In this document: piece by piece, positions 26,249-39,505 of the stretch | Layout of the letters: every line of letters begins with the position of its first letter | Numbering within the stretch: the stretch's first letter is position 1 | Origin: Paecilomyces variotii | Taxonomy: Eukaryota | Length of the DNA: 64,000 nt | Reading direction: 5' to 3' (one strand) | NCBI GenBank assembly: GCA_004022145.1 | Contig: RCNU01000001.1 | Position numbers and translations under genes: made by a program | Notes under the pieces: generated by a model | Seen by the model: the letters and a program-made list of their open reading frames with translations, nothing else | Told to the model about the DNA's origin: nothing | Database searches by the model: none

Positions 26249-27709
26249 TTAGAAGTCCTCGTCGAAGGTGAAGGCACCACCGTTCTCGATGTTCTTCTCG
26301 GCTTCCTGGGGGTCCTTCTTGGTGCTGGCCATGACACCGGCCTTCTGGTAGTCACCGACGCGCTTCTCGAAGAAGTTGGTCTTGCCAGCGAGCGAGATGT
26401 TGTCCATGAAGTCGAAGGGGTTGGTGGCGTTGTAGTACTTCTTGTTGCCAAGAGAGACCAGCAGGCGGTCGGCAACGAACTCGATGTACTGGCACATGAG
26501 CTTGGAGTTCATACCAAGGAGGGCAACGGGGAGGGCGTCCGTCAGGAACTCCTGCTCAATGTCGACGGCATCAACGATGATCTTCTCGACAACCTCAGGT
26601 GAGGGGCGGTTGTTCAGGTGGGAGAACAGCAGACAAGCGAAGTCGGTGTGCAGACCCTCATCACGAGAGATCAGCTCGTTAGAGAAGGTCAGACCAGGCA
26701 TGAGGCCACGCTTCTTCAGCCAGAAGATAGAGGCGAAAGAGCCAGAGAAGAAGATACCCTCAACAGCAGCGAAGGCAACCAAGCGCTGGGCGAAAGTGGA
26801 CTCCTTGTCCTGGATCCAGCGAATGGCCCAGTCGGCCTTCTTGCGGATGCAGGGAACTATCAAAACTGATTAGCATTCTTGTGATCCCACAAATCCTAAA
26901 ACAGTTATCACGTACTAGTGTCAATAGCGTCGAAGAGGTAGGTGCGCTGCTTGGGCTCCTTGATGTAGGTGTCGATGAGAAGGGAGTATGTCTCGGAGTG
27001 GATGTTCTCCATCATGATCTGGAAACCGTAGAAGCAACGAGCCTCAGGGACCTGGACCTCGCCACTGAAACGCTCGACGAGGTTCTCGTTGACGATGCCG
27101 TCAGACGCGGCGAAGAAAGCCAGGACATGGGAGATGAAGTAGCGCTCGTCATTGTTGAGGCGGTTGTTCCAGTCGTGCAGGTCCTTGGACAGATCGATCT
27201 CCTCAGCAGTCCAGAAGGAAGCCTCGGCCTTCTTGTACATCTGCCAGATCTGTGTGTCGTGTTATGTTAGTCCATTATGTTCCCTATTCGGGTAGGTAAA
27301 AAACCACTATACGCGTAGACGCGTTGTCGACGTGACTCACCTCGTGGTACTTGATGGGGAAGAGAACAAAACGGTGGGGGTTCTCCTGGAGCAGAGGCTC
27401 AGAAGCCTCGAAGTCCTTGATGCCAGGAGCAACCTTAGGAGCCTCGTTGGCGGGCTTCTCGACGAGCTCGACCTTGGTGGGAGCAGCCTCGACGGGGGCG
27501 CTAGACACGGGAGCGTTCTCCTTGTTGGAGGGCTCGAAATTGAGCTTCTTGACCGGGGAGTCGCTCATCTTGAGGTTCTCCAGAGAGGAAGCAGCCTGTT
27601 GAATATTATCTGTCAGTCGATCTGGATGTGCACGACGCGTCTTGTATAGCACTGGCGACGTGCTGTATCCATGACGTACCTGCTTCGAAGGGGTGAGCTG
27701 TGCTGCCAT
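26249..27709 (-). CDS. RNR2: Ribonucleoside-diphosphate reductase small subunit
   Basis: ATG 27709; three introns; [51 protein letters not shown]-terminal FTFDEDF; strong C/G-ending codon bias. Confidence 0.97.
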
Positions 27710-27890
27710 TGTATATAACGGTGAAGAGAACAAGAGACACTGAGACAAGGAATTGGACACAGGCAGACAGAGAATAGTCAGAAGATTCCCAGTTGAAGGA
27801 CTGTTGATGAGAGAATCAGAGACGCGAAAGAGGGAAGAGAGCTGGCAGAAATACCTGCATCGACGCCAAACGTGATCTCTAGCGCGACGG

Positions 27891-27917
27891 GCTAAGTCAC
27901 GTCGCACGTGACTTAGC
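27891..27917. promoter_or_regulatory. Perfect 12-bp inverted repeat upstream of RNR2 (GCTAAGTCACGT-CGC-ACGTGACTTAGC) containing CACGTG
   Basis: Read directly; about 180 bp upstream of the RNR2 ATG and flanked by CGCG motifs. Confidence 0.6.
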
Positions 27918-29379
27918 GCGCCTCGTCCCTGGCTGCGGGAGGCTGGACGGCCAAACCTCCGGCGCGTCTCTGCTTCTCCATCTATCTAGTTACTGCTTCC
28001 ACGAATCCATCGTGCTCCTCGCATATCCACCGTGCATTATTATCCACCCCTTCCGGTCATTATTATTGTTTGGCGTTTTGCCCTTCAGCTTCCCCTTCAT
28101 AGCTCGGCATCAGACCACACCTCTTCCTGCCCTTTCCGATACTAGGAACCCCCACTAGGAAAGCAAGCTGCCCATTGCCAGGCCCGGCTGGATATGGTTC
28201 AAACGTTATCAGATCAAAGCTAGACGCGTACCTGCAAGAGAGAAAAAAACACACGGAGACCCCATCAGGTTCCATTCTTAGCAATGACCAACTGCTTACA
28301 CAATTCTCCCAACTTCCTGGAGTCCAGAGCTGAAAACTTGTCTCATTCTATCTCCACAACCGCGTATGGTACTCTAGGAACTCTTCCAATTGAATCAACC
28401 AAATGCTCTCCGGATTACAAGTCATTGTTTACCGACGTAATCCCAACCAGATCTCCAGTCCTCATAAAGCCGAGCGAAAACTTAACATCCGACTACAAGA
28501 CGCGCTTTCAGAATCCCGTAATGATCTACGATCAGATAAGAGAACCGCCCAGGATACCCTACTCAGTTAGTCTAGCTCATTTCTCGCACGCGTATCGAGT
28601 ACATAGAACAACATAGATCCCGCATTCCCGGAAATACGGAATAAAGCTATGATTCCATTGTAGTCAAGGAAACCCCTAGTTTGGAAATGATCGCATTCAG
28701 TGGACTGGAAATTTTTATTGAGGTATCCAGTTCTTTGTGTAGTGCTCACGCGTGGCAAGACGCGTCTGACTCTAGGCACCACGTGCAGTTCCCAGCCCTG
28801 TGGATGCCATATGGACTTTGTGACAACTGCACAATAGCAAAGATCATATGAACTTCGAGGATATTATACTCTTTGGTTTTCACTTGAACTGAGATTTCCT
28901 GCCTCTGGACAATCGTTGTACGTACCAGAAGTTGCACTGTCGCTCTTGATCTCTACTACCGCTTGTTCTCTGGTTTCCATAGCGGGGATTACTACACTAA
29001 TGTGGCCTGACACGAACTTCAAGAAAGCTTCATGATGCCTCTCATTTCAATTCTGTGAAGAACTCATCTAATGAGTAAAATGTGCTAACAATTGACGCAA
29101 TGCAGGGAGCGCTGATACCGACGTGTAACATCGCAGATGCTTTATATATTGATATTGATATATATAGAATATATCTTGTACAGAACACAACGCCATCTAT
29201 CCCTACATAAGACGCCCAGACAATGGCAGCCTCAGCTATATACAGGAACGCAAAGCTCCAGGGGAAATAAAACCGCGAAGACAAAAAAACAAGCAAAACG
29301 GCCAATTCCACAATAGGGCAAACACGAACGGATACATGATCGGATAAATGGCACACTTTTCTCGTCAAAGAAGAATCAT

Positions 29380-30631
29380 TCAGATCTTCGCACGGATAGA
29401 TTCGGGCAGCCAGCGATCTTCAAACCGGCGCATAAGCTTGTTGGTCTGCTCTGCCAGACTGAGGGTCAGGATCTAGAGAGCAAGTTAGTAAAACAGTTTC
29501 CTATTCCGCGAACTACGCTGCTGGAACGTACAGTATGAGGCAAGATACGCGCCAGATGCGCGGAGAAGCCCTTGTAAATAGCGAAGACACCTTCGGTCTT
29601 AATAGTCTTATACAGGCAGTCAAACACTCCCTTGTAGAGATTACCGCTCTGGTTGTACAGGCGGGACATGATAGTGTCTGTCTCCAAGTTAGCAGATAGC
29701 CACAGCAGGTGTCCACATATCGAATGGGCATACCAGGAGGATGCATGACGCAACACACAACAAATCCAGACGCAGTACTGCTGGCAAAGTGCAAGGCAGG
29801 GCCGTCCTCCATTCCCAAGTGGCGCATCAAGCGGCGCTTGGCCAGGAAGTAGGTGGGCAGCTGGACGGAGCTACCAAACCCGGTCCGTACCATAGCTGCT
29901 CCCACTCCACGGTAAAGTCCCTTGATACCCTCACTCTGGTGGATCTTTCGCAGACCGTCCACTGAATTTTTATAGTTATGCTGGGTCCCGACAGGTAGGA
30001 AAGGGGAGTGTGACTGAAGGCGAGTCTTGACGAGGAAGAATGGAGACCCAAGTGCAGCTCCCATCATGCCGGAGACCGCACCAGAAAAGACGTTAATACC
30101 CAGGCTCTGGACGTGGGCATCTTTATAAACGGCGGAAGCCAAACCCCCACGAATGGGTTCGTAGAATCCAAGACGGCAGCCGTTCATGAGAATTTGATAG
30201 ACGTACTACTCCGACAGTCAGTCCTCATGGCTCAATCAATTGTAACACATTTGTAGCCATGCATAGAATCACGTACAGCAGAGCCAATGCCCTGGAACAA
30301 TCCACGTGGACCCTCATTTTTCAGGATGACTTTGATCGCGTGGAAGACACCCGTGTACTTTTTGACAGCTGCGTCCTTTGCCTGCAGCTCTCCTTGCAAT
30401 TGTAGGCTTTCAAAGAATTCTTATCAGTTTCCGAAAAATGTATCATAAATGCTGTAGTAGGGCGCAATACCGGATTTTAACGGTCTCGAAACTGTGGGTA
30501 ACGGTGACGGCTCCGCAGGCTGCAATGCCTCCAGCAATGAAGGCTCTAAGTCGCAGAGTGTCGAATGTTAGTATGCTGTACCAGGAGCCTGTATATGATA
30601 GGCATTGGACTTACCCTGTCGTGGTAGACAT
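29380..30631 (-). CDS. OAC1: Mitochondrial oxaloacetate/sulfate carrier
   Basis: MSTTTG|AFIAGGIAACGAVTVTHSFETVKIR; NGCRLGFYEPIR, SPFFLVKTRLQS, RTGFGSSVQLPTY, HLARILPHT; several introns. Confidence 0.9.
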
Positions 30632-31160
30632 TTCGTCTGATGTGACTCCGCTTCCGGAGACAGGTAGGGCGTGTTGCCGGACTGGATATCTGTATTCAAA
30701 AGAGGAAAAGACAGAGGAAAAGAAAACGAAAATAGTGGAGAATCGCCCAAGAGGCCAGTTGCAAGTCAAACAAAGGGTATCAGTCTTCAGACGAGAAAGT
30801 ATGAATTTCCTGCTGGTGCTATGGGGGATGTCAGATCGACGACCCAAGCGCTGGCTGAACAATTCGCGAAAGCTATGTTCTTTCACGCTATTGGCGAGTT
30901 CTCCGCGGCACTCCCCGGTCCAAGCTTAGCTAACTCCGACTGTCGGGGCGGATCTCCTTCACCGCCCGGCCTCTACAGAAAGGCAGAAAACCGCTCTTTC
31001 TCCACGTTTGATTGAACGCGTCCGAACAGCGCGTTGGCCGGAGGTTGAGAAGTGTCAGTGGGATCGTGGGCACAATTGAGCCAGGCCTTCAATTAATCAA
31101 TGCTGCTGAAGACACAGGTGCCTTAGACTTGGTCTTCAATTGTGTGCTCTTAAGACAGCA

Positions 31161-32378
31161 ATGGCAGAAACTCAGCAGCCGTCTACGCCGCAGCAGCAGG
31201 CCCCCGCTCCGCAGCCTACGCAGAAAGTGTCCGACGTAATTCGCAGCTACAGACCGACTAAGGTAGGTTGAGGATTTCGCAGACGTGGGATTCAATGTGC
31301 TGATAGGTATATTCAACCCTTATCAGGCATTTCGATCCCCGAAACAAGATGGCCACGTTCACATAACGTCCTTGGACTTTGACGACCAGGGCGACTACTT
31401 GGTAGCTGCTGGGGATGATGAAACGATCCAGATTTTTGATATCAAGGAGGGCAAGTCGACAAAGACAGTCCCTAGCAAGAAGTATGGTGTCCATCTAGCA
31501 AGATTCACCCACCACTCGCGTCAGGTTCTCCATGCGAGTACGAAGGTCGATGGTGCGTCCAACCCTCAACCCCCAGCTTCGAAGTCAAGGGCTAACAGCA
31601 TAAAGAATCTTTACGACTTCTTGACCTCCACAATGAGAGTTATGTCCGCTACTTCACGGGGCACTCAGACAAGGTTACATGCTTGGCTCTCTCGCCAGGC
31701 AGTGATGCCTTCATCTCATGTTCTAAGGATGATACTGTTACCATGTGGGACCTCAATTCGAGGAACCCGCAGGGCAAATTGAAGCTCGCGACACCGTATC
31801 TCGTTGCGTTCGATCCATCTGCCTCCGTCATCGCAATCGCATCTCAGTCAACGTCATCTGTATTGCTCTACGACTTCCGGAATTACGACAAGCCGCCATT
31901 TGCTACCTTTGACCTCGCCCCTCTTGAGGAGAGATTCACGCCCTCCACTCGCGGTCGAGCATGGACCAGGTTGGAATTCTCCAACGATGGAAAGAATCTG
32001 CTCGTTGGGACGGAATACCATGGGCATTTTGTGCTGGATGCGTTCGAAGGCAGCCTTAGAGCTTTCTTGGTCGGGAAGAATGGATCCTCTGGCAGAGCGG
32101 CCCCAGTTTCTAGTTCGGGAAAGCCTCTGGGCCAGGGCGATGCCTGCTTTACACCGGATGGGAGATATGTTATAGGAGGTTCCGGTGACCAGTTCGAAGC
32201 TCTTGTGTGGGATACACACCAAGCACCAGAGCCGGGGAACTTCCTGCAGCCGATGGCACGGCTGCCGCAGAGAGGCCGGACGGCCATTGTTGAATGCAAT
32301 CCCAGATATAACATGTTTGCTACTGCAGACAGGGAAATCGTATTCTGGCTTCCGGAGGACAGCTCGAAGGCCTCATAA
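31161..32378 (+). CDS. SWD2: COMPASS/CPF WD40 subunit Swd2 (WDR82 family)
   Basis: ITSLDFDDQGDYL, SKKYGVHLARFTH, YVRYFTGH, AFDPSASVIAIA, LYDFRNYDKPPF, LEFSNDGK; two introns. Confidence 0.9.
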
Positions 32379-32552
32379 GGCGGCGACGGCTTAAGGAAAA
32401 TCCCATGATGGTGAATGCTGAGCTCATCCTTCCGTCGGCAATGACTTCTGGTGCTCTTTACGCAGGTGGTGAAGCCGATTGTTCGAAATGCAATCCTGCT
32501 ACAGGTCGACAAATGATGTGCTACTCAAGGACCGTTCTTTACAGAGATGTCA

Positions 32553-34259
32553 TCATTTTCGATTCTTTTCCTTCCCCACCAGACTCCTGGCAGTGTCACA
32601 GACCCACACCAGAGGTCCTTCAAGCTCATCATTGCCGTTTCTGTTTTCCTCGACTATGTTCTCTATCTGCTTGACGACCGTTCGGTTACTGGAGATGGTC
32701 ATTATTCCCGTCGACCATCCGTAGAAGAATACGCTGCGGTTGATATCAGACAGGCTTTCTTCTACCTTGTGAGCCACGCTGGGCAGCCTGCCGTTTTCCC
32801 AACCAGCTCTGATATCCGTCTCAGCATCGACGACCCGGATTGGTAATATCAGCTGGGTGGGAACAGGGTGATCTGAGAGCTCTTGAAACTTGCGTATCAG
32901 GCTGTTCCTATCCAAGTTTTCGAAGCCAGAACCGCCCATCAATATTTCTGTTCTCCTCTTCTCGGCGTCCGTTCCGATAGTATCGACGATCTCGCGCATC
33001 CTCTTGGCGGCTTCTTTTGTACATATCAAGTCATGGCCGTCTACTGCTGGCCATAGCTCTGTGGGAACCAATGGTTGCTCCTTCTCCATCTCGATCTGTC
33101 TGAGTATGGCGCGGTGATAAGTCGGTAAAGGGGGAATTTCGCGGAAGTGAGAAAGGTCTGAGACAAAGGCGAGGAGCAAGGTGCAGTCGACATTAAGTGT
33201 TTTTGTGAATCGCTTGAATGGATTGGGAAGAAGAGTCCCCAGAGGCAGCTGTTCTGGTGTAACTGTCTCAGGGTCTCTGTCGCTGTCGAGATCATCATTC
33301 ATCAAGTCAAGAGGCAGACTTGTGCCACATTCGACGGTGGTGCCATATTTGCGCATCTGGCCGAAAATCTTATCAATCTCCGGGATTCTCCCTTCCACGA
33401 TTTTGGGGATTACGACCCGTGTTCGGGGATGCCTGTAGTTAATCCTAACCGACCTAGCAGCCTTGGTCAAATCAGCCGCCAACTTTATCAACTCAATCTC
33501 ATCATCGCTGTCTTCCTCTTGATCACTGCCGTAATTTCGTAGAATCGTCCTGTTTCCTCCATCCGTATCTTCATCCTCGTCCTCATCCATTTCCCAGCCC
33601 TTCTTCGCCATCTCAAACAACAACCGACTCTCTGAGATGGTCGACACCTTCACCCACTCTTCCCCTTCACCAGCTACAATATCCACAAACACACTCTTCT
33701 TCTTATCTTTATCTTTATTGCCCGTGCTTCCTTTATTCTTCCCTTTAGAATCATTTTCTACCCCTGACCGATCCCCACCTCCATGACCTTTCTGCTGCTC
33801 ATGTCTGCGCGACCCATCATCCCAATAAAACCTCTTCCCAAACGCCACCAACCCAGAACAACTCCTCTTCGCAATCGTCCACACAGCCATATAAAACTGA
33901 AGATTAGACGACCGTAGCGCATGAAGAAGCTTCAACTCCCTATGCTTCTCCTCCTCACTCCGATCATCACTAACATCCCCCGCGCGCGTCGCCTCATCAG
34001 CAGCAGCGGCTTTCTCTGCCTGCTCGTGCATTTTCTCTAGCCCGCGCAATTCCGCTAGGACACTCGAGCGTAGTTGTCTGATTTCGATGATTTGAGGTCG
34101 ACGGAATTTCTCGTTTACAGCGGATTGGAACGCGTCGAGTTCAGCGAGGAGGAGTCGGCATTGGTGGAGAAGGCTCCGGGAGAGGGACAGCGCGGAGGAA
34201 GATGGTGATGATGAGTCTGGGGCGTCATCTTGTGGATTGTCGGTGTTGGAGGGAGGCAT
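32553..34259 (-). CDS. DUF1308 / UPF0415 (C7orf25-like) protein
   Basis: Intronless 568-aa ORF; VDIVAGEGEEWVKV, TLNVDCTLLLAFVSDLSH, TISSNRTVVK, TARSL. Confidence 0.75.
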   Translation of the reverse strand: MPPSNTDNPQDDAPDSSSPSSSALSLSRSLLHQCRLLLAELDAFQSAVNEKFRRPQIIEIRQLRSSVLAELRGLEKMHEQAEKAAAADEATRAGDVSDDRSEEEKHRELKLLHALRSSNLQFYMAVWTIAKRSCSGLVAFGKRFYWDDGSRRHEQQKGHGGGDRSGVENDSKGKNKGSTGNKDKDKKKSVFVDIVAGEGEEWVKVSTISESRLLFEMAKKGWEMDEDEDEDTDGGNRTILRNYGSDQEEDSDDEIELIKLAADLTKAARSVRINYRHPRTRVVIPKIVEGRIPEIDKIFGQMRKYGTTVECGTSLPLDLMNDDLDSDRDPETVTPEQLPLGTLLPNPFKRFTKTLNVDCTLLLAFVSDLSHFREIPPLPTYHRAILRQIEMEKEQPLVPTELWPAVDGHDLICTKEAAKRMREIVDTIGTDAEKRRTEILMGGSGFENLDRNSLIRKFQELSDHPVPTQLILPIRVVDAETDIRAGWENGRLPSVAHKVEESLSDINRSVFFYGWSTGIMTISSNRTVVKQIENIVEENRNGNDELEGPLVWVCDTARSLVGKEKNRK

Positions 34260-35000
34260 GGTTGCCAGATTTCAATTTCCGAGAAGATAATTGCGCAATG
34301 TGAGAATGTGTATTGGATTTCAGAAGTGAGTCGTCGTTGAATCGTAGCTCGCGCGTGACTCAAATGTGTGTATGTAGGTGGGGCGTGACTTTTCAATCAG
34401 CCATTGGCTGTGACAATATCTGAAGAAACAGATCTGTATAAAACAAAAGAAAGAAAAAGTGAAACCGAAGTAGTAACTGCTGTTGAACTCGCAAAAAGTG
34501 CTTGCGCAGCAAAGTTCAACCACTCCCATGATACGGGTGTATTCTTTTCGCCGCGGGATGCGGAGTGATGTCAGTATCATTACATAAGCACAATCACAAT
34601 CAACAAGATACGTTAGGATATACTAGTACTAGTATGAGACTCGATAGAGTTAAAACTCCCCTGGAAATCATTTCACTGTACAGTAGAGTGTACGCGGAAG
34701 ATCAATAACTGTAGCAGCCGGAAATGACAGAAGGGATCGAGAATCAGGAGCGTAATAAGAAATTAAAAGATCCCAGAATACCTCGTTGAACCATCGATAG
34801 GAATAAGAGAGACAAAAAGAAAACGCCCCAGTAATGCTTATTGATCCTGAGAAAAGAAATACAAAAGAGGAAGGAAAATCTTCCAGTGAGAGAAAGGGTC
34901 TTTTCTTCTCAGGGAGCTGTCCCAGAGGTCAATATAAGATATCAAAGCTTCGGTATCGCAGAGACAACGCATCCCCTCTCCACGGACTCGCTCCGTCCAT

Positions 35001-36881
35001 CTAGTCATGGTCCTTTCCCGTTAGTCGTTCCCTCTCGCCAGAATTGCGGGGAGATTCGTCCTCGTCGGACCACTTGTCAGCATCTTCACCGACAGCAAAG
35101 ATCGTCTCGCCATCGAGAGATTCTCTCTGTCGTGGAGCGGAAGGAACTGGCTTAGGAGGCACAGGTGAGAGCTCACGCTGCGGCTCAGGCCGTGGCCGAC
35201 CTTCATTCTCATCAGGGAGTGCAAATTCCTCGTCCAGAGATGTAGCGAGAGAGCGAATCTCGAAACCGTCGTCATCCTGGGCAAGTTCGTCACTCATGGC
35301 AAATCTTCTGTTGTTGGCCGTCGGCCGCCAAAGATAAGCGACAAAGCTAATGTCAAATAAATAGACAATGTTGAGCCATCCGTCCAGGACAAACCATCTG
35401 GTCTTCCAGTGCTCGGGAACAAAGTTTGCTTCGCTATGGCCTGCAAAAGCGAACGAGTTGACGAAGAAGAAGCCGAAGATAACGATGATGCTAATCAAAA
35501 TGCACCACCAGAGCTTCTTATACATCAGAGCCTTGACTGTCTGCTTCCTCTCGACCAAATCTTTCATGGTCATGTTCAATGAGTTCAAGGTCCACACGTA
35601 GAATGCGGTGAGAGTACCGGCGAGGGGTAAGATAACGAGCAGGATTAGCGGTCCTGCAGTATCCGGGGTAATAGACAGACTTGCAATGGCATAAATGACA
35701 CCGAAGACGAAGTGACCGATAGCAAGTAGGCGCACATAGATCATGGTACGGCCAAGAGATGGCTTCACAACACCATAACCCATGCAGACGATGAGAAGCA
35801 GGAAGAAGGAGAAAGAGTTACGGCCTGCGTTCAGAATAGCCACAATGACCATAAGGACCTTTGCCATAGCGTTCAGACCATGTCGGTTTTGATAATCTGA
35901 GAAGAGTTAGCTCGACCGGACATATCTCGCAAAAACAGCACTTACCGTAGAAACCCCAGGTCATCAACTGCTCCACAATCAAGAAGACAATAATAGCCGT
36001 GATATAATTCTGGACCGGTACTATGGAGAGTCAGTAACGAATAGAATAAGGTAGATAGAGAATGACGCATACAAATATCATGGCGATTTTGCACGTAGAG
36101 GAAAGCCCAAAACCTGCATATGTCAGCCAAATCATTCCGATATTAGAATAAAGAGGGAGAGAGCATACACTCCAATAACAGCGTATACAATGGTTAGTCC
36201 TCCATAGAAAGGCAACTTCGCTATTTGCGCCGCTGGAAGCTCGCCATAGGCATTTCTAAACTCGACAACCGCAGTATAATCCTGGCCTGAGTACGCGTAC
36301 GTGCTAACACAATAAAACCCCGTTGCCTTCACTGGATAGTTAACAGCCACTGGATCCTTCAGGTGTACCGCTTTCGATATGATAGGTGACTTTGCCAGGT
36401 CGGTCGCATTGGGTGCAAGAATGAAAGAACCAATCTCTTCCTCAGTACAGAGCTTCGCTTCGACATTTCCTTCGTCACAAATCGTTTCCTGTCCCTCACA
36501 GATACTTGTCAGTAACCCAATTGCGATCCAAACGGAGGCGGAATAACAGACCTCAGCATCATTGGGTCCATTCCTTCCAATCAGAGCTTCGTCGTTCCAC
36601 TCAAAGATGACCAAACTAACTATAGGATCGCTATCATCCTGGACTGTGCTCTTCATGAATTTCGTCAAAATGAATGGCTCGAGGTCGCCTCCCCATGCTT
36701 TCCGGCTATACATGCCCGAGCATCGTTGTCGATGAGCATCATCTTGTTTCTAGAATAAAATATTAAACCAAACATGTCTCTCGTGATGGAAAGGGTGGTT
36801 TCTGACCAATTCGACTTCGTTAGCAAGTGCGCATGTTGCCAGCAAAGCTGGCAGGCAGAGCGCCTTGAACCAGCCTTTCAT
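35001..36881 (-). CDS. PTM1: Ptm1 / lung seven-transmembrane receptor (GOST) family membrane protein
   Basis: Signal peptide MKGWFKALCL..; FRNAYGELPAAQIAKLPFY, NAGRNSFSFFLLLIVCMGYGVVKPSL, WRPTANNRRFAMSDELAQDD; multiple introns. Confidence 0.9.
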
Positions 36882-37255
36882 GCTGAGTGTCAACGGTGGC
36901 CTCTGAGACTCCGAAGGTCCCGGGTTGCAGGGCGCAATAGATATGTGCAAAATATCAGTCTCGATCAGAGAGCATACGAGAATAATAAGAACAGCGGATA
37001 CGACTATACGTCGTATCTATCCGTCATGGATGTCTGGTGTAATGATGTGAGCTTCAAGCTATTCAGCTCCTAAATATCGCAACAACGTTGGCCGCCCCAG
37101 ATGGCCGGGGGAGCCGCGCGTTGACCCTCCGCCAGCCTTATTATCTAAGCGGGTCGCCTGTCAGACGCCACCGGCCGTTTTTTACCAAAAAAGTGCCCGC
37201 CTTCGCGAGTAAATTTCGATCTTTTAGACGCAGCAGCTGGACCTGCACAGTAAAG

Positions 37256-38423
37256 ATGCCGGGGAAACAATTCAACGATCCTTGCAGCGACTGCCAGGAT
37301 GCGGAAGCTATAATAGACGTGCGCACCCGCCATCTATGTCGGTACGTGCTTTGAGACATGCGAACGATAGATGCGGGGGTTACCACTAACGCTCCATAGG
37401 GACTGTTATATACAATTTACTAACCGCAAGGTCGTGCGGCGAATGGACTATTACCGCCAGATTCGAAATGCGCCCAAGGATAAACGGCGCAAATTGCTTC
37501 TTCCTCTTTCATACGGACCCTCCTCCTCGGTCCTGCTGCACATGCTGAACGAGCAGTTAGAACGACAAACGTCTGAATGGCATGGCACAACAGCATACGA
37601 TCTTCACGTTCTTGTTGTTGACCCGTCAACTATATCATCGTCAAATCCGTCTTGTCAGGAAAGGTTCTTCTCTCTGCAGCAGAAGTATCCCAGACACACC
37701 TACACGCAGATCCCGTTTCACGACATCTTTAAGTATGATCAAAATATCAAGGAAACTATGAAGGAGTTTGCTGGGCCAGAATTCGAGGATGATCCATCTA
37801 AGCCGGACAAAGATCGGCTAGATGCGTTTCGCGCATCGATTCCTTCAGCTACATCCAGGACGGACATTGACAATGTCTTGTTAAACAGGCTGATAATAGC
37901 ATTTGCAAAAGAAAGTGGATGTGAAGGTATACTTTGGGGTGATTCAGACAGCCGTCTGGCATCAAAGACCCTGGCCAGTGTTGCCAAGGGACGTGGCTCG
38001 TCCTTGATATGGCAGGTCTGTGACGGCATGTCTCCCTCGGGCCTCCAGTTCACTTTCCCTCTGCGAGACCTATACAAGTCTGAGTTGCAGCAATACTCCG
38101 GTTTAATTCCGGAGCTTCAAGACATTCTCATACCTGAGGAGTCAATCTCTGCCGACATGTCTGCTAGGAACATGTCGATCGATGAACTGATGATGCAGTA
38201 TATCCAGACCCAGGGTGAGAAGTACCCTGGTATTATGGCCAACGTAGTTAGGACGGTAACCAAACTCCAACGGCCGTCTATTTCTGGTGCTCAATCTCGG
38301 TGCGCTCTTTGCGGTACGGTTGACGTCCGGGGAAGCAGTGCTCAAGCATCCGAGGGACGCGGTGCTCTATTCTGCTACGGATGTGCAAGATCGAAATCAG
38401 ACATGAGCCCTGTCACTAGATGA
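37256..38423 (+). CDS. NCS2: Cytoplasmic tRNA 2-thiolation protein 2 (Ncs2/Ctu2)
   Basis: ATG 37256, N-terminal CSDC..C|RDC; LPLSYGPSS; GDSDSRLASKTLASVAKGRG; FPLRDL; C-terminal CALC..CYGC. Confidence 0.88.
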
Positions 38424-38591
38424 ATGGGCGAAAAGAAAAATGAAAAGGAGTTCAAAATATTCCATTTCCACTATGGTATCGAGAAGCTTCACAAAGTGAA
38501 TCCATTAGTATGTACGCGTAACCGAAACCCATTATTAATCATTAAAATTACACCATTCAGTTGCGGCAACTCATCGAGCACGAACGCGATA

Positions 38592-39505
38592 TTAATCCGT
38601 ATTGCGTACAACTCCCCTTTCGAGGTCGCCTGTCGGCTGTTTGGCACCGCCAAACCAACCCCTGCCACCACGATTTTCCTTTTGGGTTTTGGCAGGTTGT
38701 GGTCTGACAGGTTCATCGACGCCGTCGTCAGTTCTGGCCCCTGAAGCGCTCTGTCCCGGATGGTTGGGTTGGTCAGTCAGCAACCCATCCTCGTAACGAT
38801 CGAACTCTTCGGCGACACTAAGGTCTGTAACGCGTTGTTGTTGCTTGCTACCCTTAGCCATCGCCCGTGCTCCTTTCGCGCGCAGATGTTTCTCAAGCAA
38901 GACAGCGTTCCGCGTGTTGCATTTATACAAGGCATCGGCAATATCACCAACGAAGGGCACGAGTCCAACTATGAAGTCAATCATGATGTTGAACATCATA
39001 TGCATCCGAAGGTTGCCAGGTAGTCCTCCATCGATTTCCTCGCATGTCCTGAGAACCATCAAGGCCAGGGCGACATCAGCGGCATCACCAGCACTGCTCG
39101 GTTTCACCAGTCAGTCTCCATGAATGCTAAAGATGTGGACGAAAAGAGAGCCTTACAATGGTATGATAGCAATCACACTGCTCCAGCCAAACTGTATGCC
39201 ACACAAATTGAAGAGAGAGTAATCTAGCCTGTATGCTCTGCGCTTGACTTTGGTCAAGACTTTGGCATCATTTTCAGAGAGACCCGGCGGTACTGCCTTT
39301 CTCCGCTTCTGAGTCTTCCGTCCAAATGCACGATTGAGGCGGGATGCGGGTACTTCCTCGAAATAGGGGTCCTACATTGAAAGGCGCTATTAGCAAGTTA
39401 TTTATTCACCGTAGCACTGCAGACTCTCACCTCTTGACCGAAATGGTTCTTGGCATGTTCATTGAGGATCCTCTTCCCCACGAGAGCAGCTAGTTGTCCA
39501 GACAT
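38592..39505 (-). CDS. DUF4112 domain membrane protein
   Basis: MSGQLAALVGKRIL..DPYFEEVP..KRRAYRLDYSLF..IQFGWSSVIAIIP|AGDAADVALAL..GLVPFVGDIADALYKCNTRNAVLLEKHL. Confidence 0.85.

Noticed and set aside
26442..27649. Several long plus-strand ORFs over RNR2
   Set aside because: Antisense shadows caused by RNR2's strong codon bias.
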